Source: Negaprion brevirostris
Taxonomy: Eukaryota
Direction: 5' to 3'
Length of the DNA stretch: 64,000 nucleotides
NCBI GenBank assembly: GCA_030324005.1
Contig: JARDVH010000124.1
Span: 32,668,418-32,732,417, forward strand
Shown here: one piece after another, positions 12,020 to 23,799 of the stretch
Layout: every line of letters starts with the position of its first letter
Numbering within the stretch: position 1 is the first letter of the stretch
Notes under the pieces: generated by a model
Databases searched by the model: none
What the model saw: the letters and a program-made list of their open reading frames with translations, nothing else
Told to the model about the DNA's origin: nothing
Made by a program: the position numbers and the translations under genes

Positions 12020-13050
12020 TCCTTGATATTCTTTGCTGTACCAAGTTTCAGATTGAATAAGGAAATTATCCTTTTCATTCAATACAACTGTGGGTCTTTG
12101 ACTGGCAGCCTTCTTGATATTGGTTCAGTGTATCACGTGACAAAGCCATACTCAGGCCACTGAAGTAGAAACTTCAACCTTATCTCCAATTGCAGACAAT
12201 CGTTTTGTCTCATTTCTCTATCTTACTTTGACTGGCAGTGTGTGTCCAAAATAACTTTTCTGTAAAATGTTTTCCTGTAGATAAACATTTGCATACTTTT
12301 CCTTCATTTATTAGAAAATTGTTACAGCCATTCCTTTGCCCAATTCAAATTTACATTTGATAGTTATATCTAGACAGGGACAACAGTTCTCCTCGTCCCA
12401 TTCCTGCATGAAAGATAAATAAAAATGCATCTCTTCTTTTTCTGTCTCGGATTGTAATGCAGTTTCTTCCTCAGGCTTCCCCTCTGAATCAACATAAAGA
12501 ACGGTGGGTTGCCTTTTCTTCTGTTGATTCCTCTTGGGGTCTTTTCTTCTCCCTGTCTCCAATCAAGCAGCACCTACTGGCTTCTGGCAACACTCAGTGA
12601 AATGGCCTGATTCTGCTTAGTTACGACATTTCACCTTCTTGTAAAAACATCCATCTGTATGATGATTGCTCTCACCACACCTCCAAAATGGCTGATCAAC
12701 TCTGTTCACTCCAGAGTAGTTGTAACTCCCTTGCATGTCTGGTAGTATCTTCCAACCCAAATGCTATTTTGAGAGCTCAAAGCAGATGTGAGACTGTCTT
12801 CTGCCAACAGTTTCCTCTGCATCGACATTCTCTTTAAATTATAGCAAAACAGTCTCTTATTGAATCATTTGGAAATNNNNNNNNNNATCCCTTTTGCCTA
12901 CTCTGGTTAAACTTGTTAAATAAGAAGTGACTTGTTGGTGCATGGATAATAAGCAAAAACTGTGCTCCTTCCGACATCTATTGCAGGTCCTTCTGTCTCA
13001 AAAATCTTTTTATATACTCCTGTTTCTCCTGATAGGTACTCTTCAATTTT
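12020..13050 (-). mobile_element. Gypsy LTR retrotransposon gag-protease remnant
   Basis: NDSIRD, MQRKLLAEDSLT, ALKIAFGLE, tandem zinc knuckles WRCGESNHHTDGC and KCRN*AESGHFTECC, protease-like KFELGKGMAVTI (decayed DTG). Confidence 0.85.
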
Positions 13051-14360
13051 ATAAAGTAAGCGCAGCGTGATTTTAAAAAGAAGCAACCAGTGTCAAAGTC
13101 AACCTTGAAGTAAATAAAAATGAAGTTCATTGTACTTTTTTTTAACATGCACTGTTCTGTATATGGTAAAAATGGATTTCAATAAGACCATTGAGGGCTT
13201 GCTGACAATATTTTTATTTGCAAGACATTTGTTAGTTTATATTTTGCCAAACCTATCTGTAAATGTGAGGAACTGTATGTACTTGCTATGCGGTCTGATT
13301 CTAAGAACTTCCACTTGCTTTGTACCATAAATCTCCTTTAAATTGAGCAACTGTAGTAGGACTCAGAGTGCCATTAAATTTATAATTTAATAGAACTATT
13401 TTGTGGAATGGAATCACATTGAAACAACCATTTCTCCGATTGAACTGTATAAGACAAAGATAGCAGAGCACAAAGGGAAAGTAGCAGTCTGAATGGACCA
13501 GAAGGTCTTTTCGAGACTCTTGTTTTTTGTGTATCTATGACAAAGTATGCCTGAAATTGCCAGTGCACTTAAGCAGCACCATTGTAAATGACTTTTGTAG
13601 AAATGGCAGATGTTTAACTACATTTGTCTGATATCTGTAGCTACACATGATAAATGCAGACAATAAGAAATTGCACAAATTGTAGCCATTTCTATCTCCA
13701 GACCCTATTGAACATTCCGTCAAAGAATATTAAAGGAATGCAAGGGAAGTGTAATTGCTACAATGTGCTGACTCCCATCAGGACGCTATCCAGTTTTCAG
13801 TTAACGATACACATACCATACACATCAGTGATGTCCATAATTGCCAGCTATCCATTGATTCAGTGTCAGGAAACCATGGTCCACTCTATTCCTGGAGGGA
13901 GGCACACCCAGCAGTCATTCACCCTAAGCCCTCTTTCCACTTGGAAAAAGCACTGTGTGAGAAAATGAAGCACCACGCTGAACGCTTTCACAAAACTGAA
14001 GTGTTAGAGTAAACCTACAAAGTTAGTAAAATCTGACGTGTGTGGTATTCCAATGTACCATGTGAATACATGAGGCAGAATAAAGTCTTTGTGCAAAAAT
14101 GCAGTGTTCTGCTTGAGTTTTAATACAATTCTGACACAATGGTGCTTTATTTAAACATGATATTGGGGTAAATGCACAGATGTGACTTCAGTACATCAAA
14201 TGTATAATTTTCAAGACCACCGATAGCCTCTAAAGGTAAGGAACGCAATTCAGACTGTTTTCAAGTCAGGCATTCCTGCGCCTTATTTCTCCTTTCTTGA
14301 GCAGATCTTGTCTGTTGACCAATACTATAAAGAATGGCAGGCAGTTAACGATATGCTTAT

Positions 14361-17226
14361 TCTTTCACTGACCTCTTGTGCTTTCTCCTCTCTTGCAGAT
14401 GCCTCAAGTATAAATGCTTAGCAGTCATTTTTCAAGGGAAAATAATTTTTGGTCAATTACTGCCCTTTAAAATATTTCTCGAGAATGATTTAGAGGAAGT
14501 GAAAACAGATGTGAACCATTTCCATGGAAGTTTGCCATTTGCCGAATATTTATCTGCTGAAAATTATACACAAAAGGGGCTGTAATAATTCTGTGGACAA
14601 GGGCTCTCTGCTTGCTGAAGAATTGACTTGTACCACTAGGAAGAAATCCCAGAGGCTCAAGAGTGCAAAGACACAAAACTCCTGCATGAAACAGTTACAG
14701 AAAATCTAAAGTCATAAATCCTCTTGCAGAGTTGCAGCTCTTTTGAAATCAGGTCTTTTGTAAGGAGGTTGTAACAAAGTCTATTTCTATACATCGTCCC
14801 TTTTATATGTAATAATAGTGTGTATGCCTATAGAAAACATTTAATGCACCATTGTTGTAATGCATACAACTGAGAGAAAACTCCTGTATTACTTCAGTTT
14901 CATGAAAAAAGTTAAGGGATGCCTATTGCATTGTCATATTTAAGATTGTTAACATTGTAATGGTGTGTGTTTTGAGCTTTACATACCAAACAATATTTGC
15001 AATAACTAAATCAGTTAACAGCAATTAATCTATTCATTGTAAACGGGCCTCCAATTTCTAGTCCGTTAACATAATATTTTTGTAGCAACCATTAACTTAT
15101 GTGGCTTGCAATAATGAACATTCTACTTTGAAGCAAAAAATATATAGGTTAGCAAAAGGGACGTGGTGTCTTTAAGGTAGCCTAGCAGTTTTGCCATATT
15201 AGAGCAATTATAATGATTCATTGTCTGTGTCTAATGACATGATCTCCTTCCAGAGACAGAACAGTGGGCGTTGGAAAATATACAGCAGCCCACCATGGTC
15301 AGTATGAGGCATAACAGGAAATGACTGTGGGTGTTAACCTTGTCAGAAAGACTTGGACAAAATGCTGACATTGCAGATAAGGAGCCAGCATTAAAATATG
15401 GGAAAACTATTAAAATACATATTATCGTTTGTGAAGCTGGTCCCTATGCACTAACTGAGCATGAACAAAAGGAACAACATTACTAGGACCTTGCACATGC
15501 ACACACACATGCGCGCGTACACACACACACACACACACACGCACACACTGTAACTACTTCTGTCACAAACGCTAAAGCAGGAACACCGACAAAATTTCAC
15601 CAGCTTTTGATTATACTTTTATGTATTCGTGTAAATTTAGTTTTATGCATTCTATAATTTCATTTTATGGTTGCACATAAAATAACTGGATTTTATGTAT
15701 ACCTGTTACTTGAGTTTTATGCATTTTATAATTTCATTCCTTAATTTCTTATATAGTTTAGAAATTTTACAATTTCACATGAAAAAGAGCTGACATCACA
15801 GGGCTGTGGTTTTGATTTCTATTACAGCTAAAGAAGTGTAGCAGTCATTTGCCCATAATGGTTACATTTCAGTTCTACAATGTTGCCCAATCACACATGC
15901 GGATTTAAAGGATTTTACAGCTACAGATAGCAATCCTAACCACTTAACCTAATGGTCTGTTGGTCACTTATCCTTACTGTAATAGTCTTTGCTTCATCTC
16001 ATGGCAATAATCGTATCCTGCTTATGACAAAGCTCTGTAACTAATATTGGTCATATTGAGTGATAGCTGTTCCTGAATCAAAGGTACAAAGTGAACATTG
16101 ATATCATCTGTCAATAACAGCTCTCTCAAACAGTCCTGAGCAAGTCAGCTTTATAGGCAGGTCACCTTGTAAACTATTTTAACATAATGTTGCATACAGT
16201 TATAACTATTATCCTCGATTGAGAAAGAACAGATGAAAGATTTTAATTTAGCTAAAACCTTTTTACCATTCCTTTTATAATTCTAACAAAATATAAAATG
16301 GCATGTTATGTATTTAACATCCAATTAATTGATGTTTCAAGTTAAACAATGCTGGACTAAGTAAAGGCTCATCCAATATTAAGCTCAGGGAGTCAATTTG
16401 CTATTATCTACCATTCTATTTAAAACTCTTACTTACATTTGAAATGAGTCATTCTTTTTGGTGTATGCAAATATATTTGAAAATTGAATGATCCGTAAAT
16501 AGATGGCAATAAGATGTAATTATTTTTTTAAATGGAGATGGAATAATTACAAAGTACTCTGGTTTTACAGATTTCAGTTTAAGCTCACGAAGGAGTGGGA
16601 AAAGGGATGCTACAGCTTTAAGGAATCATTGGATTGTCAAAAAAGCTTTTAAGTTTAAACACAAAAAGCGCTTAAAGATATTAAACTTAGTGGTTAAAGT
16701 AAATAAACTCACTAACACTATTTCTCACAGATGTAGAAAGGATTTTTAGAAACCATGCCAACTCCTATTTAATCCCAGATGTCTATGGAAAAACAGATAA
16801 CAGTAAATGAAAGCATATGCGGTATATGAATTCCCACTGTAAAAGGTTGATTTCACAGCTTAAACTGTGAGAGAAATTTTTTTCAAATAGAAATAAATTA
16901 AATTAAATTTTAGCTCTCTGATTCCTGAATACAACTTGAATTGAAGTTCTGTATGAAGATTATTTAAAAATGTTTAATATTCAACAATCTGATGTTTAAA
17001 AGCAGCATTTGTACATTACAGTGGAAAATATTTGCCGAGGGTATGTTTCATGCCTTGTCTATGGTCACACATTACATCCAATATTACCTGCTAGCACCAG
17101 CAGTGCAGACTAAAATTGATTGTTCCCTGTAACGTTGATCAATTTTCCCCACCATCCCAGATAACAGAACTTCCACTCACCATGACACAACATATTCCTC
17201 ACAACATCCATATATCGATCAATAAA
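14361..17226 (+). other. Strong 3' splice site and probable terminal exon / 3' UTR of an unidentified gene
   Basis: Branch point cactgac (14366-72), polypyrimidine tract and tgcag|AT at 14398/9; early stops (xASSINA* or MPQV*); about 2.8 kb TE-free AT-rich sequence; AATAAA at 17221. Confidence 0.55.
15492..15548. repeat. (CA)n microsatellite with a gcgcgcgt insert
   Basis: About 55 bp of alternating purine-pyrimidine sequence. Confidence 0.95.
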
Positions 17227-17711
17227 TTTATCACTACTTAGGCACAACTGTTGAAACAAAGACTCACACATTTACTTCAATAAAATAGGTGTGGGAAATA
17301 GAAACACAGCCCAAAGTCTGTCTAGTTCATCTTCTACTATCCTGGTAGTCACATGATGCAACAAAATGGAATGGTCTAATCGTAGCAAGCAATCCCTATC
17401 AATTAGTCTACAACAGAGATGACATAAGGAAAAATCCCCAGCAATGGAAAGGTTTGGGAACTTTAGGTTCAAAATCACTGTTCATCTCACAACTCAGGTT
17501 GTATGGGAATTAAAGATTCATACAAATGCTACAGAAGATACTTCTAAAGTTGGAGCTAAAAAGACTACCAGGCCTGACCCATTGAATGTCACTTTTAAAA
17601 GTGTGCTAAAGCATAAGGACCTGTGAGCAAACAAGACTCCCACAACCTGCAAAACATAGCTCTCCCCTTAATTGTGCTGTTTGACCCAATTGAGTTTTTT
17701 GGAGGGCAAGT

Positions 17712-18034
17712 AGAAGATCATACAATCCCTACAGTGCAAAAGGAAGCCATTCGGCCCATTGAGTCTGCACTGACAACAATCCCACCCAGGCTCTATCCCA
17801 TAACTCCACATATTTACCCTACTAATCCGTCTAACACTTAGGGGCAATTTAGTATGGCCAATCAAACTAACATGCACACCTTTGGACTGTGGGAGGAAAC
17901 CCACGCAGACATGGGGAGAACATGCAAACTCCACNNNNNNNNNNACAAAAAGACAGTCACCCAAGGCCAGAAGTGAACCCAGGTCCCTGGTGCTGTGAGA
18001 CACCAGTGCTAACTACAGTGCTATCATGCCACCC
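17712..18034 (-). mobile_element. HE1 SINE (V-SINE), near full length
   Basis: tRNA head, central ggagtttgcatgttctcccc domain and CR1/HER1-like tail. Confidence 0.92.
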
Positions 18035-19244
18035 TGAAAAGCAGCCGTGTTCATCCTATACCTATGATGGGGAGTCTAGGTAAGCCAGGAAGTCATATTG
18101 AAGTTCAGCTCCTCAGTGTTGATGATGCGGCTACTGTATACCTGTGGAGAATAGAACATGGTCAATTGTATACTATACCTTTAACACTGAAGGACATTGA
18201 CATCACCAGAACTTTGATTTCAAATCCTGGCCTGGGGTTGGGTAGGCAGGGACTGAGGCTGTTGGCAAACCATCTAACTCTATGCAGCAAGAAGCTAAAG
18301 ATCTCTTCTGAATAGACTCCAATCAGTCTTGTACGTGACAGCTGGGAAGTGATAGTTGGTCATAGTGTCATGATAATGAAGGATTAACATGTAATTCTGT
18401 TTGGAAATACTTTGAATAAAACCTGTGAGTTTTCTGTTTAGATGGATATACAACCAAAGGTATCTGAGGATGTAAAGTCAGTCAGTGGCTGAATTGCTGG
18501 TGGAGGTGTTGGGGGTGGGGCTGGGGGAGTGGTGATGCTGTGAGAGACAATGGAACCACAGCTTGTTTCCAGGCTAAGTACTTCTAGAAACTAATTGCCA
18601 TCTCCACTAGAGACAACGGGAGTTCATGGGGAATGATCACAAAATTCTGTGTGTAATGTCCAGTCAGGTTTGTGGATTCCGTTTTCCAGGAATATACAAA
18701 AACTGGGATGAAAACCAGTTGTAAAGCTGTCCCCAATCTGCCAGGGACAGCCAACTAAGATGCCATCTCAAGAATTGCATCTGGTTGAAGAGGGAAGGTG
18801 GGTTCCGAGAGCTCACAACCTAGAAGGATCGCAGTTCCACTGGCATAGATGGTCACTGGGATGGGCCATCATGAGGTGCTCTCTGAGGAGGTTAAAATTG
18901 AATTAAATAAATGGATGGCTGACAACTGCAACTGTGGCCTGGTGATTGCTGCAACTCTAGAGGGAACAGGGAGAAGAATAAAACAAGAGATCCCCATGGA
19001 CTTCACGGGCAAAAATAGCCAGACTTAATAATCAGTGGGAGGATCCAGCTGAAGTAGGCCATCTGTCACAAACTCAAGAGCATTCTAATCTTTATTGAAC
19101 TGCTTATAACATTCCTTCATGGCAGTGTTCACATGACTGTGGCAAGTCAGGTAGGACACTTAGTAATGATTGCATTTCAAAACCCAAAAATCCCTCTTTC
19201 CACAATGAACAGAAAACTTTACATGTACTATCAAGTGTAACTGT

Positions 19245-19376
19245 TGCCAGAATTCTACTGGCCCACCTATCATGGGAATTGGAGTAGGTGAGCAGCGGAC
19301 AATAAGAAGGTCCATTGACCTTGGTGGGGGTAGGATTTTATGGTCTTGGGTCAAGCGAGACTGTAAAATCCTGTCC
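19245..19376. mobile_element. About 130-bp MITE-like element
   Basis: Degenerate TIRs gccagaattctac / gtaaaatcctgtcc; second copy at 62510-62630. Confidence 0.7.
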
Positions 19377-22319
19377 TGTGAGTTAGCCACTCCACCACAA
19401 CTATTCTCATGCATTAAGAAACTGTTCATTATTCACCTCAGATTCTACACATGCATTGCACACACAGCCATTCATTCATGCAGGATTCTTAATGATACGT
19501 GTGAGCCATCATCATTTGTTTGGATGATGTTCCTTCTCTGGGGTATGTCATTCCTGAGACAATTATTGTTGGTGTGGTAACTGTAGTCAGGGTAATGTAC
19601 TCCATACAGCTCACAAGATCCGATCTTCCTGGCCAGCCGCCCACAATGAAGGAACAGCTTCTCTAGTAACTCATTTCTGCCTATGGTTCTGCTAGTATAT
19701 GTGATCGTTCATTTTCACCGTGCACAGTCAAGGTGACAACTGCTCTGCACATGTCTCAAGCTTCCACCTGGGCTGACTCCTGCTGAGAGCATTGAAGGTT
19801 TGTCATCTGAGAATTCTCAGCTCTGGCAATGGTTTGGTTTTCATGTGAAAATGAAATTTGGCTTTCTGCCATTTCACCTTGATTTTTTCACTCATGTTTG
19901 ATATTATCTTTGGCTTTAGTAGCTTTTCTGTCTAAAGATGGTAAAGTAAAGTAGGTGGATTGGCCATGCTAAATTGCCCCTTAGTATCCCAAGCTGTGCA
20001 GGTTAGGGGGATTACATTTCTCCTCAATAGNNNNNNNNNNNNNNNNNNNNNNNNNNNNNNNNNNNNNNNNNNNNNNNNNNNNNNNNNNNNNNNNNNNNNN
20101 NNNNNNNNNNNNNNNNNNNNNNNNNNNNNNNNNNNNNNNNNNNNNNNNNNNNNNNNNNNNNNNNNNNNNNNNNNNNNNNNNNNNNNNNNNNNNNNNNNNN
20201 NNNNNNNNNNNNNNNNNNNNNNNNNNNNNNNNNNNCAAAATTTCTGCTGTCTGTTTTTCTGTTTTCTACAGATAGATTTAGGGTGGAATATAACTTAATG
20301 CTGATTGTGTTGCAATTTATATCAGCTCTGGTTTGTTAATTAAATCTGGGGCAATCTTGCAGTTTTACCATCACAAGTGGAAATATTACTAGTTCGGCCA
20401 CATATCCCCACCCATTTTGACGAGAGCTGGGAGTGGAAAATTTCTAGTCATTTATGTCTCAGCCAATATTTTGCTTTCAGCCTTCAGCTTGTGTTAACTT
20501 TTCCCTGTTTGTGTTTTCTTTCTATTCTGCTGCCTTTTGCAGGTTGGAACATTTCAGTGTTTCTCTTTCACCAGCTGTGGCTTTTCTCCCAGCTTTTCAA
20601 AACTTAATTACAGCTCCACTTCTGACACCATGTTACAAGCTCAAAGACTACAGTTGTTCCAGTGTAGTATCTATATTGTACTGCTCATAACATGGTTACC
20701 CCCAGACATTCCCTCATGGCAGAGGTGACATGATCATGGCAAGCCAGTTAGGATGCTTTGTCATTGCTGCCTTTCAAAATCCAAACAGTCCACTGCAAGG
20801 AAGATCCAAACAGGACCCTCAGTCAGCCCACAAATGGGCAGTTAATTATGCTATTTAGCTACTTGCTACAGCCAGACAAGTAACCCCTGTGTTTGATGAG
20901 CTGCCTCAGGGAAAGTCACCTGGAAATGCTCCTGGTGTTGCCTTCAGGCCCATGCCTTCAGGACCAAGAAGATTCTTACCTAGGTAAAGGAGACAAAATA
21001 CTTGACTTTACTGTCTGCATGGTAGCAAAGTAGATGCTCTGACTATTATTGAATCTGCCTGACTATTAGCCATTTAATTTCAAGTGAGTGAGTATCGGAT
21101 GAGTTCCACAATAGAGAGAAATGTGGTTAGACGGCTTCCCACCCAGGCTGCAGAATAAAAATGTATCCTATCATTTCAAAGATTTCTAGAGGATGTATCT
21201 GGAAAAGTTAACTAGTTGACTATTATCTTTTTTTTTAATAGTTTTAACTAATTAAGCTAATGTAATCGATGTATTTCATTGTTAACTCAAACAATCAGGT
21301 AGGGAACAGATAAGTGCCAAGTAAAGTCCCCTGTTATACTGCAGCAACAGACTAATATAATCATGCTGCCTTAAGATCAAACTGATTGTTCTGATGTTGC
21401 ATATCTATAATTGTTCAATAGTTTGTATTGTGTCACAAAGTCATAACTGTTTCGGTTCTCAAAGCCCTATCCAAAATATAAGCAGCTCATCTTTTTCATC
21501 TATTTCAGCCATCAACCATTTCCTTTCCATTTGCCACGGCAACAGCTCGAGATCAATGTCCTCTCCAGTTTGGAAAATTGAGCACCTGACCTTATGTGAC
21601 TGAATTTACAAGGCGCCTGATCGTCTGCTGAGCGATTCATACCAACATCAAAGGATCAAGCATCAACGTGACTGCGAAAGTTTGGCCATCACCGGCAGTT
21701 ACCCCTTATGGTAATTTTTCTGATGGTTCCTACTAAAACCTGGAAATCAGAAGGTTCTGCATTCACAGCCTGTATTAATCCTGGAAGTCAAAATGAATGT
21801 GACTTCCTGCTGCCTGGGGAGGTTTTTGTCTTCCCTAACATTTTTCTCAATACAGCTGACCCCTGTGTTTCACTTCTAAATGGGACCATCCTTGATTGCC
21901 ACTTATCAAGCAGTGGAATCTGCAGCTCAACAGAATCAGTGCCACTGTGAACAAGGAATCCATTTTGATGCCATCATTATAACTTCACTTTTAAGACAAG
22001 TTATAGCCGTTAAGAAGAGCTGGGGCTTTATCCTCAGCTAGGTGTCATATAAGCCCAGTTTTGTGGACAAGCTTTTCCTTGGCTCATAACCTATTTGGAT
22101 TGGTGCAGGGTCTCCCATTGTAAAAGCCAGCAGAGTTATCTCCCAGAAGAGAGGCCTAATTTTCCTTCTGATATGGCTGGGGAAAATGAACCTCATGGCT
22201 GTTTCTGAGTCCAAATTCTATAACACTGCATCACACTCGCAGTTACTGCATTCAGATCCTAAACATTCGCAAAAGATGCAAAAGGATATTCCTCATGTCG
22301 CCATTGCCTCTTTTGCCAG

Positions 22320-22490
22320 TAGTTAGCACTGCTCCCTCACAGCACCAGGGACCTAGGTTCAATTCCGGCCGCGGATCACTACCCATGTAGAGTTTTCAAG
22401 TTCTCTTCATGTCTATGTGAGTTTCCTCCAGGTGCTCCGGTTTCCTCCCACAGTCCAACGATATATGGGTTAGGTTGATTGGCCAAATTC
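22320..22490 (+). mobile_element. HE1 SINE 5' part, running into a gap
   Basis: gttagcactgct...ggttcaattcc...ggtgctccggtttcctcccacagtcc. Confidence 0.9.
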
Positions 22491-22659
22491 NNNNNNNNNN
22501 NNNNNNNNNNNNNNNNNNNNNNNNNNNNNNNNNNNNNNNNNNNNNNNNNNNNNNNNNNNNNNNNNNNNNNNNNNGGGACAGAAAGAGTGCAAGTTTGATT
22601 TTAATAGAGCGTGGCAGCCAATACTATGACTGCTATTTGATAAGATCACTTACTATATC

Positions 22660-23680
22660 ACTCTAAAGGGGTACAGGAGGAGAGGGACCTGAATGCATAT
22701 GTACACACATTACTGGGCAGATGGAGAGGATGGTTAATAAAGCTTAAAGCATCCTGGGTTTTATTAATAGGGGTGTAGAATATAAAAGCAAGTCAGTTAT
22801 GATAAAACATAAAACACAGCCTCAACTGGAGTATTGCATTCAGTTCTGGATGCCTCACTTTGTGAAGGAAGTGAAGGCATTAGAGAGAGTGCAGAAAAGT
22901 TTCATGAGAATGGTTCCAGTGATTAGGAACTTCAGTTATGTGGAGCAATTGGAGAAATTAGGACTGTTTTCCTTGGAAAAGAGAATTGGTTGAGAGGAGA
23001 TTTGTAAATATATTCAAAGTATGTTTCCAGGGGTCTGGAAGAGCAGATAGGGAAAAATTGTCCTCATTGTGGAAGGATTGAAAACAATAGGAAGCAGATC
23101 ATAGAATCATAGAATTTTGACAGTGCAGAAGGAGGCCATTCAGCCCATCAAGTCTGCACTGACAACAATCCCATCCAGTCCCTGGTCACAATCTCATGCT
23201 CCCACATACTTACCCTGCTAATCCCCCTGACACTGGTGTCATTTAGCATGGCCAATCAACTTAACCCGCTCATCTTTGGACTGTGGGAGGAAACCGGAGC
23301 ACCTGGAGGAAACTCATGCAGACATGGGAAGAGCCTGCAAACTCCACGCGGACAGTGAACCGAGACCAGAATTGAACCTGGGTCTCTGGCACTATGAGGC
23401 AGCAGTGCTAACTACTGGTGAAAGAGGCAATGGCAACATGAGGAATATCCCTTTGCATCTTTTGCAAATGTTTAGGATCTGGATTGCAGCAACTGAGAGT
23501 GTGATGGAGACATTTCAATTGAGACATCCAAGCAAATGTTGGATTATGATCTGAAAAAAGAATGTACAGGGTTAGGGAAAGGCAGGGATGTGACACTTGG
23601 TACACTGCTCCTATGGAGAGCAGGCGCAGACACAGTGGGAGAATGGTCTCCTCCTGTGCTGTAAGAGTTCTGTGATTCCT
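22660..23680 (+). mobile_element. CR1 3' region interrupted by an HE1 SINE
   Basis: QPQLEYCIQFWMPHFVKEVKALERVQK..LEKLGLFSLEKR; resumes at 23417 and runs to the tail ctgtgctgtaagagttctgtgattc. Confidence 0.88.
23098..23416 (-). mobile_element. HE1 SINE
   Basis: atcataga tail repeats, central V domain and tRNA head. Confidence 0.92.
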
Positions 23681-23799
23681 CCGCTGGAAGTAAGAGTGGA
23701 TCAATTTCAGGCTGTGTTTTTAATGAAAGCATTCTCACAGTCAGCTCAAAATGAATTCTAGGTCATGCCATTCTTCTGCGTTAGGAGGTTTCAAGTGAA

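Noticed and set aside
13755-14012. 85-aa ORF near the putative last exon
   Set aside because: No recognisable domain or clear splice acceptor; cannot be supported as coding
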